Shown here piece after piece: positions 28,577 to 38,003 of a stretch of 56,792 nucleotides of DNA. Where the stretch lies: contig SYAD01000141.1 in assembly GCA_005789005.1 (NCBI GenBank), positions 1-56,792 on the forward strand, in the 5' to 3' direction. Made by a program: the position numbers and the translations under genes. The number at the start of each line of letters is the position of its first letter. The first letter of the stretch is position 1. Under the pieces are notes generated by a model. The model was not told the DNA's origin. It searched no databases and saw only the letters and a list, made by a program, of their open reading frames with translations. This stretch comes from Planctomycetia bacterium. GTDB lineage: Bacteria > Planctomycetota > Phycisphaerae > Phycisphaerales > SM1A02.

Positions 28577-29848
28577 TTAGTGGGGGCCAATCATCTTGGA
28601 CATGTTGAAGATGGGCATAAGCATCGCGCTGGCAATGCCACCGACCACCGCACCCATGACAACAATCAGGATTGGCTCCACCATGCTGGTGGCGCTTTTT
28701 AGCGACACGTCAAGATCTTCCTCTGCAACCTGCGCCGCGCTTTCAAGCACTTCGGGTAGGCGACCAGATTTTTCACCGGCCGCGATAATGGCGGCGACAT
28801 TGCGTGGAACAAATTTGAACTCACGAAAAGTGGGGGCCAACTCGCCGCCGTGGCTCACGCGCTCCTCGACCAATTTCCACATGGCGTTGTAGCAAAGATT
28901 GTTTGTGACATCTTTCAAAATGCGCACCACATCTAGAAGAGGTACGCCCGCGCTGAGCAGGGTGGCCATGGTGCTGGTAAATCGAGACACATAGAGGTGA
29001 CGAAACATCGGTCCAATCACAGGGAAAGTTAATTTTGCTTTGTCTATCGCTTGTCGACCCATCGCGCTCTTCATCCAATACCAAATTCCAAATCCAAGCA
29101 CGGCAAATCCTGGCAGCCAATACATCCAATCGAAGCGGATAAAATCCGAAAGCGCCAACAACATTTTGGTTGGCAGCGGAAGTTTGTCACCCTGCATGGC
29201 GAACAGCGGGGCAAAGCGCGGCATGACGGTGGTCAGAATTATTGTCACCGCAAGCACCGCAACGATAAGCATGATGGCTGGGTACGCCATCGCGCCCTTG
29301 ACTTGGCGGCTTGTTTTACGCTGTGTTGCAAGATCTTTGGCAACGCGTGCCATCATTTCATCAAGCATTCCGCTGGCCTCGGCCGCGCGAACCAAACTAA
29401 TCATGAGCGAGGGAAATATTTTTGGCCACTTGGCAAGAGCGGCCGAAAAATCTTCACCCTCGCAGACATCATCTCGAATTGCGCGCGCCAACTCTCCAAC
29501 AATTGGGCGCGACGCTTGCTCCGCGAATGTGTCCAGTGATTCTTTCAACGTGACTCCGGTGCGAAGCATGACGGCAATTTGCGCGCAAAAAGAAACCGTG
29601 TCATCTTTACGAAACGCATTTTCAAGTCGGTTCTTACGGCTCTTTATGCTGATGGTTTCACCAACAGACGCGCCGGCGTCGCCAAGCTGAACCTCCAAAA
29701 TAGCAAGGCCTTGTCGGCGAAGCTCGCGCACGGCATCGGCGTGTGTGAGGGCCTCCAAAACCCCGCGCGACATTTCGCCGCCTGATTTGCGCGCCTTGTA
29801 ATTCCATTTGTGCAAAATATTTTCGGGTGGATCAATGACGGCAGGCAT
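28577..29848 (-). CDS. gspF: type II secretion / type IV pilus platform protein (GspF/PilC family)
   Basis: Duplicated T2SSF-domain pattern, three TM regions, C-terminal EPILIVVMGAVVGGIASAMLMPIF. Confidence 0.85.
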   Translation of the reverse strand: MPAVIDPPENILHKWNYKARKSGGEMSRGVLEALTHADAVRELRRQGLAILEVQLGDAGASVGETISIKSRKNRLENAFRKDDTVSFCAQIAVMLRTGVTLKESLDTFAEQASRPIVGELARAIRDDVCEGEDFSAALAKWPKIFPSLMISLVRAAEASGMLDEMMARVAKDLATQRKTSRQVKGAMAYPAIMLIVAVLAVTIILTTVMPRFAPLFAMQGDKLPLPTKMLLALSDFIRFDWMYWLPGFAVLGFGIWYWMKSAMGRQAIDKAKLTFPVIGPMFRHLYVSRFTSTMATLLSAGVPLLDVVRILKDVTNNLCYNAMWKLVEERVSHGGELAPTFREFKFVPRNVAAIIAAGEKSGRLPEVLESAAQVAEEDLDVSLKSATSMVEPILIVVMGAVVGGIASAMLMPIFNMSKMIGPH

Positions 29849-31595
29849 CGTGCACCTCTTCTGGCGTGGTCATGCCGGCCAACACTTTTTGCATGCCGTC
29901 GTCCCAAAGCGATTCAAAACCTTGCTCGCGCAAAAGATTGCGGATAAGCGCCGGATCACAAGTGCCGCACAACAAGTCGTTCATTTTTTCATCTGGCACC
30001 ATCAGCTCATACAAACCAAGTCGACCTTTCAAGCCAGTTTCGCGGCACTTGCGGCAACCCGCGCCCCTTTTGGGCGTGCCTGTTTGATAGGCGTAAATAC
30101 CCATGGAGGTTTTTTGCGACTCATCCAACTCACATGGCGCAGAGCAGCTGGAGCAAATGCGGCGCACAAGTCGCTGCGCCAACACGCCGCGCAAACTTGC
30201 GGCAATAAGAAAGTTTTCCACACCAAGATTGCCCAAGCGGGTGATGGCGCTAGGCGCGTCGTTGGTGTGCAACGTGCTTAGCACAACGTGTCCAGTGAGC
30301 GCGGCCTGCACGGCGATTTGCGCGGTTTCACTATCGCGAATTTCACCAACCATGATCACGTCGGGATCTTGTCGAAGCAAAGATCGCAGCGCGCTGGCGA
30401 AAGTGAATCCCGCCTTGGGATTAATTTGCGCTTGGTGCACGCCCTCAATATTTGATTCAACAGGATCCTCAACCGTGCTCACATTGATGCCGGTGCGATC
30501 GAAATTATTCAAAACGCTGTAAAGCGTTGTGCTTTTACCAGAACCCGTGGGACCAGTGACCAAGATAATTCCATAAGGTTGTTCAATGACCTTCTGAAAC
30601 TTATCCAACATGGTGGGGCGGAAGCCAAGCTTTTCAAGACCCAATTGCGTGCCACTGCTGTCCACAACGCGCATCACTATCTTCTCGCCAAACTTTCCTG
30701 GCAGCGTGCTCACGCGCAAATCAATTGGCCTGCCATTCACGCGCACGCTAATTTCTCCGTCTTGCGGAACGCGGCGCTCGCTGATGTCCATATGCGCCAT
30801 GATCTTAATTCGGCTTGAAATAGCGGCGTTCATGCGCCAAGGTGGCGACATGCGGTTGCTCAGCACGCCGTCAATGCGAAAGCGCACGCGCATTTTTCCA
30901 TCATCAGGTTCAATGTGAATATCGCTGGCGCCTTCTTCAACCGCGGAGCAGATTGCAAAGTTGACCAACTTCACCACTGGACCCATGTCATCGCTGTCAG
31001 AACCGCCAACCATTTCATCGATTTGTTTTTCTTGCAACGTATATGCGCCACCCTGCGTGTCATCCAACATTTCATTCACAATTTCCTGCGCCTTTTCCTG
31101 CACGGCACCTTCGTTTCCCACATCGGAAAGCATGGCGTCCAAGCGATCCTCCGGGCTTGCGACAAATCGAACCCGCAATCCACATTCGCGCTGGGCGATT
31201 TCGCGCACGTGGTCGTTCTGTGGATCGGCCGTGGCCACAACAAGCGTGTCTTGTTCGCGGCGCAGTGGAACAATGCGATGCTCGCGGCGCATGGCATCGG
31301 GTAACAATTTCATGGTGGCGGCGTCGGCGACCAAATTTGGGTCAGCTACAAATTCAATTTCTAAACTTTTCGCCACCGCCTTGAGCATGGTTGCGCTGTC
31401 GACCAATTCCATTTGCAACAACACTTCGCCTAACAATAATCTTTGACTGCTGGCGGATTGACGGCGAAGAGCCTCAAGTAGTTGCGCCATTGTGATGGCG
31501 CCAGTTTCAATGAGCGCCTGACCAACGCGCGGAAGCGACCGCAGTTCGCTGTTCGATGGTGTTGACGAAGGGTGCCCTTGCGGAGATTGGTTCAT
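29832..31595 (-). CDS. gspE: type II secretion / type IV pilus assembly ATPase (GspE/PilB family)
   Basis: T2SSE_N/MshEN-like N-domain (LGEVLLQMELVDSATMLKAVAKSLEIEFV), Walker A GPTGSGKSTT, Asp box, Walker B, His box, and a tetracysteine motif (CSSC...CRKC). Confidence 0.9.
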   Translation of the reverse strand: MNQSPQGHPSSTPSNSELRSLPRVGQALIETGAITMAQLLEALRRQSASSQRLLLGEVLLQMELVDSATMLKAVAKSLEIEFVADPNLVADAATMKLLPDAMRREHRIVPLRREQDTLVVATADPQNDHVREIAQRECGLRVRFVASPEDRLDAMLSDVGNEGAVQEKAQEIVNEMLDDTQGGAYTLQEKQIDEMVGGSDSDDMGPVVKLVNFAICSAVEEGASDIHIEPDDGKMRVRFRIDGVLSNRMSPPWRMNAAISSRIKIMAHMDISERRVPQDGEISVRVNGRPIDLRVSTLPGKFGEKIVMRVVDSSGTQLGLEKLGFRPTMLDKFQKVIEQPYGIILVTGPTGSGKSTTLYSVLNNFDRTGINVSTVEDPVESNIEGVHQAQINPKAGFTFASALRSLLRQDPDVIMVGEIRDSETAQIAVQAALTGHVVLSTLHTNDAPSAITRLGNLGVENFLIAASLRGVLAQRLVRRICSSCSAPCELDESQKTSMGIYAYQTGTPKRGAGCRKCRETGLKGRLGLYELMVPDEKMNDLLCGTCDPALIRNLLREQGFESLWDDGMQKVLAGMTTPEEVHDACRH

Positions 31596-32203
31596 TTCTG
31601 TATTCCACTGGCAGCCGGCTTAGATTGCGCACTCGCGCCGAAGCACACTTCAATCACGCGGTTGTCGTAATCCACCGTCACGGAACGATCCGCGATGGCG
31701 CGCACACTGGCGAATGTTCCATCAGGCAACGCAAGAGCGTCGCCAATGCGAACGGTTTGATCACCAAACACCGCCAACTCGCCGCGAATTACGGCTTTCA
31801 GCATGAGACCAGGTAACATTCCAGGCGTTTTAATTTGGGGGGTAGTCGGCGTGAATGAAGTTTTAGCTTGCTCAACTTCTGGAGCTCCAAAGGCCTTAAA
31901 TGGATCTCGGGTGGGGGAGCGATCAAAAGTCATTTCAATCATTTGTGGTGTTGGCTGGGAATCGACGCCAGCGAACGAAACGGTTGTTGAGCGAATATCG
32001 CTTGAAGGAATTTGGTTCGTGGACATTTGCGTTGACAAATTTACGGCCACGGCCTGCGGAATTTTTTGCGCGGGGCGCGGCGCGAATCTCAATCCCAATG
32101 CAAATACCGCAACGGACAACACGCCAGACAGAATCGCAAACTGTCGTGGCTTCACGCCAAGGCGTGCGCTGAGCAAATTCCATTGTTTTACAAACGCGTT
32201 CAT
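31592..32203 (-). CDS. PilP/GspC-like inner-membrane secretin-coupling protein (putative)
   Basis: N-terminal TM, Pro/Thr linker, RDPF motif, then a small beta domain (LKAVIRGELAVFGDQTVRIGDALALPDGTFASVRAI). Position after pilO-like gene; ATGA overlap with it. Confidence 0.5.
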   Translation of the reverse strand: MNAFVKQWNLLSARLGVKPRQFAILSGVLSVAVFALGLRFAPRPAQKIPQAVAVNLSTQMSTNQIPSSDIRSTTVSFAGVDSQPTPQMIEMTFDRSPTRDPFKAFGAPEVEQAKTSFTPTTPQIKTPGMLPGLMLKAVIRGELAVFGDQTVRIGDALALPDGTFASVRAIADRSVTVDYDNRVIEVCFGASAQSKPAASGIQK

Positions 32204-32823
32204 TTAGAGCCACCCTTCGCATTTTTTGATTGGTTCCCAGCGGTCGCCGCGTCGCTTGCGCGCTCGCTGAAATATTCATCAAATGAGAACGAGGCGTCGA
32301 TCACTGAAATATCTTGCGGAGCCCTTGGGTTACATGCAAATTCAATGGACCTCACAGCGACAAGGGATGGCAAACTTTCGGAGGCTTGAACTGTGCCAAA
32401 GAGCGATTCAAATGTGCCCGTCATTTGCACATCAACCGTGCGGCGCATTGCCTTGGCGCCTTGAACACCAGGGATATCCACACTCGTCAACTTGCCCGAC
32501 TTGGATTGGTGCTTGTACACGCCCTTGTTGTCCGCAGTGCGCGCCAAACTATTCAACAACGCGCCCTTGTCTGGAGTGTTTGGAAGCACTCGGCCGCGCC
32601 GATTCAGCTCAATTCGCAATCGCTCCACATCACGTTGCATTTCCACAAGTCCATCTTGACGAGCCGCCGATTCGTAAGCCACGGCGCGCAATGAGGTGGC
32701 TTCTTTTTTCCAAGCGCCAGCGCGCAAATAGTTTGGAACAATAAACAAGCCCAACAAGCCAAGCGCGATAGCAAGTGGAATCCACGCGGTCAAAACATCA
32801 ACACCGTTTCGTTGATTATTCAA
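32200..32823 (-). CDS. PilO/GspM-like assembly protein (putative)
   Basis: Bitopic: TM (WIPLAIALGLLGLFIV), then coiled coil (EMQRDVERLRIELNRR), then a ferredoxin-like C-domain pattern. The TTG at 32823 forms a TTGA overlap with the pilN-like stop; the track start at 32877 is the alternative. Confidence 0.5.
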   Translation of the reverse strand: MNNQRNGVDVLTAWIPLAIALGLLGLFIVPNYLRAGAWKKEATSLRAVAYESAARQDGLVEMQRDVERLRIELNRRGRVLPNTPDKGALLNSLARTADNKGVYKHQSKSGKLTSVDIPGVQGAKAMRRTVDVQMTGTFESLFGTVQASESLPSLVAVRSIEFACNPRAPQDISVIDASFSFDEYFSERASDAATAGNQSKNAKGGSK

Positions 32824-33431
32824 TTCACACCTCCTTGTGCCATGCGCAGGGTCCCTGGTTTGCATACTTGCACGCACAGGGGAACTTGAAATGACACAGT
32901 GAATTCTTCCACGCGCTTGCCCATGAATTCGCCAGCTTTACTTTCGGAAATTGTGACTGCTCGAAAGGCCGAAGCACTAGCGAGTTTGTTTTCAAAGTTC
33001 GCCAGATCGGTGTTGGTTTGGGCGACGCCATTCATAACCACAAGCATTTGGCGGGGGGAATCGGATATTTCAAGGCGCATGCCAATGAGCGAAACGCGCT
33101 CAGGCAACATGTTGGTCACCGTGGCGAGCACCGATGTTGCGGAAATGGTTGGCAAAAGTCCATCGCTTACGCGCAAGGCGCGCGATAAATTCGATTGCTC
33201 GTGGGCCAAGGTGTTCATCACCTCATCCACGCCAGGCGCATTGGCAACCAGCATGGCTCCAACCGTTCGCTCGGAATCGGCAATGCGCGCGCTATTCCAA
33301 CTATGCGCGCTCACACCAACGCTAAAGAGCAATAATAAAATTCCTAACAGCGCAATACGTCGCTTTGAGCGCTGCGCGTGCACCACGCGGCGAGTTTCGT
33401 TTGGTAGAAAGTCTAGAACTGGAAGAATCAT
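32820..33431 (-). CDS. PilN-like (GspL C-terminal-like) assembly protein (putative)
   Basis: Short cytoplasmic N-terminus (LDFLPNE), TM (IALLGILLLLFSVGV), periplasmic domain. ATG 33431 forms an ATGA overlap with the pilM-like stop. Confidence 0.55.
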   Translation of the reverse strand: MILPVLDFLPNETRRVVHAQRSKRRIALLGILLLLFSVGVSAHSWNSARIADSERTVGAMLVANAPGVDEVMNTLAHEQSNLSRALRVSDGLLPTISATSVLATVTNMLPERVSLIGMRLEISDSPRQMLVVMNGVAQTNTDLANFENKLASASAFRAVTISESKAGEFMGKRVEEFTVSFQVPLCVQVCKPGTLRMAQGGVN

Positions 33432-34447
33432 GCTGCCCTCTTGGTGGAAGTGGTTTGAACATCCAAACTCGCAGCGCCCAGGGCAGCAGCCCATGTGTCA
33501 CTTTTAAGTTCTTCATTGCCGGTGCTCCAACTTGTGCTGCCAACAGATGCGCTCTCCAAGCCACACACACCCTTGAGCGTGCTCAGCAATTCAATGTCGG
33601 TTGATACTGCGCCAGAAACCACAAGACGCGAGGGCCAACTTGATTCACCACATGCTTGACGCATGCATCGCAATGTCTCCTCAGCCAACGAACTCCAACG
33701 CCATGCACCGCCAAAATCAATTGGATCCAGCGCAATTGTGTCTGTTTGACCGTTGTCATTGCTCGCGGTTTCTTGCTCCTGCGCAACGGAAGTCCAATCA
33801 CCTTGCATGGCGCGGACAAATTGAATATGACCATCTTTCATCAACAGCAGAACAGCTTGTTTCGCTTCGACGTGCATGAACGCAACCAAGCCACTGTTCA
33901 AGCCCTCATACTTTTGCTCCGCCGCGCGAAGAGCCGCGCACGCCGCGTTTTCAATACTGCAAGGAGAAAGCCCGGCGTTCATGACAGCTTGTGTCGCGTT
34001 TCGGATCACTGACACGGGAGCCGCCAACAACAACAAGCCGCAACGACCAGCCGTAGCGCAAGGAAGCAGCGCATGTTGAATCATGAAGTCCGCCTCACTC
34101 ACACCAAAATGGTCGATGGCTTCAAAGCGCGCGCTGGCAGCCAGTTCTTGTTCATTCATGATCGGAAGCTGCGCCGTATCCATGCGGAATAGATTTGACG
34201 CAATCGTGACGCGGCAACGGCAGCCATTTAAACCAGCGGCGGAAACCTTGGCGCTAAATTCTTGCAGCGCGGCGTCTTCCATCGATCGATCAAGCGACAC
34301 TGGCGGAAGTTCAAACGCAACTCGTCGTGTCCATGCTCCGTCCGCAGCGCGCTCAATCGCGATGCAACGCAAGGCATCCGCCGCAAAATCAACCGCAACT
34401 GCCATGGTTTGTTTCGTCAGGATGTTTTGAAAGTGTCGCATGAACAT
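33428..34447 (-). CDS. PilM-like actin-fold assembly protein (GspL cytoplasmic-domain equivalent)
   Basis: N-terminal VAVDFAADALRCIAIE (phosphate-1-like) motif, ~340 aa, first gene of an M-N-O-P ordered operon. Confidence 0.6.
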   Translation of the reverse strand: MFMRHFQNILTKQTMAVAVDFAADALRCIAIERAADGAWTRRVAFELPPVSLDRSMEDAALQEFSAKVSAAGLNGCRCRVTIASNLFRMDTAQLPIMNEQELAASARFEAIDHFGVSEADFMIQHALLPCATAGRCGLLLLAAPVSVIRNATQAVMNAGLSPCSIENAACAALRAAEQKYEGLNSGLVAFMHVEAKQAVLLLMKDGHIQFVRAMQGDWTSVAQEQETASNDNGQTDTIALDPIDFGGAWRWSSLAEETLRCMRQACGESSWPSRLVVSGAVSTDIELLSTLKGVCGLESASVGSTSWSTGNEELKSDTWAAALGAASLDVQTTSTKRAA

Positions 34448-34496
34448 GCTCCTAAATCGTCATAATCCGAACCCGCATTCACTCCGCAGTCAAGAA

Positions 34497-34536
34497 AACA
34501 GAGGAACCCCATTTCGGAGTTCCTCTGTTCTTTTTA
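34497..34536. terminator. bidirectional intrinsic terminator-like hairpin downstream of the major pseudopilin gene
   Basis: An 11-bp perfect stem AACAGAGGAAC (34497-34507) / GTTCCTCTGTT (34519-34529), flanked by an A-run upstream and CTTTTTAT downstream. Lies between the pseudopilin stop (34582) and the pilM-like start (34447). Confidence 0.6.
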
Positions 34537-34581
34537 TCTCAACACGATGGTCGTTTCCGACCACCTTCCATCACCCCATGA

Positions 34582-35004
34582 TTATGGAGTGGGGATGAAT
34601 TTGCTTGTGGCCGCGTTCCAAGTCCAGCCCTTGGTTGCGTCGATTTGATTCGCCAGATCATCGGTGGTGCAATACTTCGCCGTGACAAGCGGGGCCAAGT
34701 CGGTGGATGAATACGCCTGGGCATCGGTGAGCGTAATTGTTGCTCCACCTGGCTTGAACTGATTCAGACGGGTCACCATGGTTGTGATTTGTGAGGCGCG
34801 AGCGGAAGCCGCGCTTGTGTTTGCGTCACCCAAGGCACCGACAACGCCGGGAATTACCAAGGCGGCCAACACGCCAAGAATCACAACCACAATCAGAATT
34901 TCAATCAGGGTGAATCCACGACGCATAATTCGTTTCGTACTGTTCTTAATTGTATTTGTGTTCTCAGTCATCATTGTTAGTGTCCTTTCAAAGAGGTGTT
35001 TCAA
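34582..35004 (-). CDS. major (pseudo)pilin, prepilin-type N-terminal cleavage/methylation domain (GspG/PilA-like)
   Basis: RRGFTLIEILIVVVILGVLAALVIPG class-III signal. Small (140 aa or less), monocistronic with its own terminator. The leader is unusually long unless an internal Met is used. Confidence 0.8.
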   Translation of the reverse strand: MKHLFERTLTMMTENTNTIKNSTKRIMRRGFTLIEILIVVVILGVLAALVIPGVVGALGDANTSAASARASQITTMVTRLNQFKPGGATITLTDAQAYSSTDLAPLVTAKYCTTDDLANQIDATKGWTWNAATSKFIPTP

Positions 35005-35024
35005 TCCAAATTTCTCCGACGCTT

Positions 35025-35049
35025 GAACATCAAATCCAATTTGATGTTC
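35025..35049. promoter_or_regulatory. perfect 11-bp inverted repeat (candidate operator) in the divergent pilin/secretin promoter region
   Basis: GAACATCAAAT-cca-ATTTGATGTTC read directly. A second inverted repeat, CAGAGAA-tttt-TTCTCTG, lies at 35061-35078. The intergenic region is AT-rich. Confidence 0.4.
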
Positions 35050-35188
35050 TGCAAATCATTCAGAGAATTTTTTCTCTGATTTTGAAACCATCGACCAGTA
35101 ACTATGGCGACTTCAGTTGGATATTTGGAAAAATCACTTATTTAAAACTTCAGGTTGATCTATAGATGATGTATTGGATGGTCGAAGC

Positions 35189-35680
35189 ATGAATACAATG
35201 GTTTATTCACGCACATTCAAGCAATCGCGACCATCCGCGCGCGGCTTCACTTTGATTGAAGCCCTGATTGCGATTGTGATTGTGGCAACGGTGGCCAGCG
35301 CTGGGGCGGTAGGCATTGGATTATCAGCCGCAACCCAAGAAGAAGCGCGACTAGCGCAACTCGCCACACAAGCGGCACAGCAGCAGGTTTCATTTCTAAT
35401 GGAGAAGCCGTTCGCAAGCATGGTGGACCATGCGGGCACGGAAGCGCTTGGGCAAATGAAGGCACCACTAGACGCCGGCGCCACTGATCGCAGCAAGGTG
35501 TTAACGGGTCAGTGGGCCAAACTTGGTCGCACCACCACATTCACCAACGAGCCAATCACGTTCACGCAGTACAACGGATTTGTGGTTGATGGAATGCGCA
35601 TAGACGTGCAAGTGTTTGGACCAGACGGAACTATCTACGCAACCATTCGACGACACCGAACCAACGAGGCGTCATTATGA
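35189..35680 (+). CDS. minor (pseudo)pilin, prepilin-type N-terminal domain
   Basis: ARGFTLIEALIAIVIVATV class-III signal. Start placed at ATG 35189; the track TTG is at 35174. Confidence 0.75.
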   Translation: MNTMVYSRTFKQSRPSARGFTLIEALIAIVIVATVASAGAVGIGLSAATQEEARLAQLATQAAQQQVSFLMEKPFASMVDHAGTEALGQMKAPLDAGATDRSKVLTGQWAKLGRTTTFTNEPITFTQYNGFVVDGMRIDVQVFGPDGTIYATIRRHRTNEASL

Positions 35681-36291
35681 AGCGCCGCGGTTTCACTCTA
35701 ATTGAAGTTGCGATCGCCTCGTTGATCACAACCGTGGTCGCCGGCGCTGTGATTGGAACCATTCGTGCGATCACAGAAAGCACATACGCCTTGGATACTG
35801 CAGCGCAAGCAATGGCCCGCGTGGCCCGCGCCGACGCACGCTTTGCCGATCACGCAAATCGCGCGCGCATGATCTTGGATCAAAGCACATTGGAAATTCT
35901 TCTGTGGCTTCCAACTGAACCATTCACTTCTAGCGCGACCAACACGAGTGACTACGACTCTATTCAGGGCAATGAATTGGCGTGGTATATCATGAACACA
36001 TCCGCGGGAACACTTTCGCTTGTCTACACCACCAATCGAAATGATCGCACGAAGTATTCGCTCAGCACAAATTGGGCAAATTTACGAACCGCTTTAACTT
36101 CGCAGGGCGCGTTGACAACCATTGCCGTTTTGGAAGGGCTGGCTTCTGGTGGATTTCGTGTGCAAGACAGCGACCCATGCAGCGTGCGTAGATTTTCTTT
36201 TGATGGATTTTTAAGCGATGACCTTGGAGGCTTGAATGTGCAGCTGAGCGGTCGTGCGTTGAACGGTCAAAATCATCCGGATTGTCCATGA
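35677..36291 (+). CDS. minor (pseudo)pilin, prepilin-type N-terminal domain
   Basis: MKRRGFTLIEVAIASLITTVV. ATGA overlap with the upstream gene. Confidence 0.75.
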   Translation: MKRRGFTLIEVAIASLITTVVAGAVIGTIRAITESTYALDTAAQAMARVARADARFADHANRARMILDQSTLEILLWLPTEPFTSSATNTSDYDSIQGNELAWYIMNTSAGTLSLVYTTNRNDRTKYSLSTNWANLRTALTSQGALTTIAVLEGLASGGFRVQDSDPCSVRRFSFDGFLSDDLGGLNVQLSGRALNGQNHPDCP

Positions 36292-38003
36292 AAAACAACT
36301 TAAAGCACAATAGCGCAATTTGGTTGGCGCCTCGCATCGCGCTTAGGCATTCTCTGTGCTGTCAACGCATACATCAACGCAAATATCAACGCAAATATCA
36401 ACGCAAGGGCGCCGCCATGTTGTTGGCCATCTTCGCATTGCTTGTGGTTGGCACAACAACTCTTGCGTTTACGGCCAGTCGCCAAACTACATTTCTTTCT
36501 AGCCGCAACGCGGTGAATTCCATTCGCGTGCGCGAGTTGGCGGACAGTGGCTTGGATTTAGCCAAGGCTATTTTGCGCAGCGACACAACTTCTTGGCGCA
36601 CGAATCACTCGGGTGGAAAATTATTGAACAACTACGCGCTTGATGGCGGCACCGTCACTGTTTCGCTGATCGACATTCTCAAACGCGAATCTGGCGCGTC
36701 CGCCGCCTTGTGTGTTCCAATTTCCACAACCACCGATGTTGAAATTTCTGTCACCGCAAATCTGGATGGCGCCACGTGGACTTCTGTTTCCAACATGAGC
36801 ATTCCAGAGGTGGTGAAGGGGCAGTACGCCATATTCGCCAACAAATTATTATGGATTTACGGCACAAACAATCAAATTGGCCGATGGGATCGTTCGCCAT
36901 TGGCAAGCGAGAAGCGTCGAGTGAATATTGGAACACAGGCTGACTTTGCATCTGCAAATTTCAGCGGCGTGTGGATTGACAGTGACATTCAATTTGAATC
37001 TGAAGTATTGCCAATTGATGCCGCGGATCCACGCACGCTCAAAAGCACATGGGTGTACTACCCATACAACGGTGGAACAAATTTGTGGAGCAGTTCGTTT
37101 CCAATCAACGGACCTGGTCGCGACAAAGTTGCCGCCGTTCGCATGAGCGCCGATGAATCCATTCGCATGGCGGCGGCGCCAGTGCCAGTTGCAGCCGTGC
37201 CAGCGCAGGCGGGAATTTCTGGTGGCAACAACATTACAAGTGGCACGCGCACGCTAGGACCATTTCGTGTGGGCTCGCCATCGGGATCATTTGGCACCAA
37301 TCTCACCACAAACAATTGCACGTTGCTATTGACTGCGGGCACATACGAAATTTATGGAAGCTGGAACGCGCTCAACGCCACCATCCGCATTCAAGGCGCG
37401 GTGAAAATTGTGGTGGCGCCAAAATGGTCAATTTTTAACTGGTTTCCAAGCGGAATTGATTGGACCAACACCACCGTTGAACTGACGGCCGGCGCGGATT
37501 TAGAAGTGAACAATGGCTATAAGTTGACCATGAATAGATGTTGGATTGGTGGCTATTACCAATGTGTGAACGAGCCTGATCCGGAGAAAGCAGTTGGCGA
37601 TCCGCACATGAAAGCCTGGAAGGGTTTGGCATTCCAACAAACCGCGTGCGACACAATTACTCCAGATGAACCCCGTTACTTTCAGCCATGGCATGTGCGC
37701 ATCTATCCAATTAAAAGCACGCTGAGCGCGTTATTTGTTTGGAACTTGACGGACACATGCTTGGTTGGAAGTTTGTTTTTACCCAACAACACCGTGCGCT
37801 TTAATGGCCGCTCTGAAATGTATGGACGCATTGCCGCCGACAGCGTTTTTATTGATGGCACGAGTCGCTTTAGATATGACCACGCGCTTGATGACATTGT
37901 TGGTTTGACCGAAGGCCGCGCGCCAAATCGCGGCGGTGATCCTCAAGAAATATTTCCGATTCGTCCAATTCGTTGGGGTGCTGACAAAGGGACGGGTCCA
38001 TGA
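36288..38003 (+). CDS. large GspK/PilX-like minor pseudopilin or tip-protein candidate
   Basis: ATGA overlap with the upstream pilin gene. Has a pilin-like hydrophobic helix without the G/F-x-x-x-E cleavage motif (KGAAMLLAIFALLVVGTTTLA). C-terminal SLFLPNNTVRFNGRSEMYGRIAADSVFIDGTSRFRYD resembles motifs seen in PilX/TadG-type proteins, from memory. Confidence 0.5.
   Translation: MKNNLKHNSAIWLAPRIALRHSLCCQRIHQRKYQRKYQRKGAAMLLAIFALLVVGTTTLAFTASRQTTFLSSRNAVNSIRVRELADSGLDLAKAILRSDTTSWRTNHSGGKLLNNYALDGGTVTVSLIDILKRESGASAALCVPISTTTDVEISVTANLDGATWTSVSNMSIPEVVKGQYAIFANKLLWIYGTNNQIGRWDRSPLASEKRRVNIGTQADFASANFSGVWIDSDIQFESEVLPIDAADPRTLKSTWVYYPYNGGTNLWSSSFPINGPGRDKVAAVRMSADESIRMAAAPVPVAAVPAQAGISGGNNITSGTRTLGPFRVGSPSGSFGTNLTTNNCTLLLTAGTYEIYGSWNALNATIRIQGAVKIVVAPKWSIFNWFPSGIDWTNTTVELTAGADLEVNNGYKLTMNRCWIGGYYQCVNEPDPEKAVGDPHMKAWKGLAFQQTACDTITPDEPRYFQPWHVRIYPIKSTLSALFVWNLTDTCLVGSLFLPNNTVRFNGRSEMYGRIAADSVFIDGTSRFRYDHALDDIVGLTEGRAPNRGGDPQEIFPIRPIRWGADKGTGP
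36362..36409 (+). repeat. 12-nt in-frame tandem repeat x4 (two perfect copies) in the N-terminal coding region of the GspK-like gene
   Basis: tcaacgcataca / tcaacgcaaata / tcaacgcaaata / tcaacgcaaggg, encoding QRIH-QRKY-QRKY-QRKG. Confidence 0.8.

Noticed and set aside
36362-36409. Possible CRISPR or other non-coding repeat array (also 45944-45991)
   Set aside because: The units are only 12 nt, directly abutting with no spacers. They lie in frame inside ORFs, so they are coding microsatellite-like repeats.
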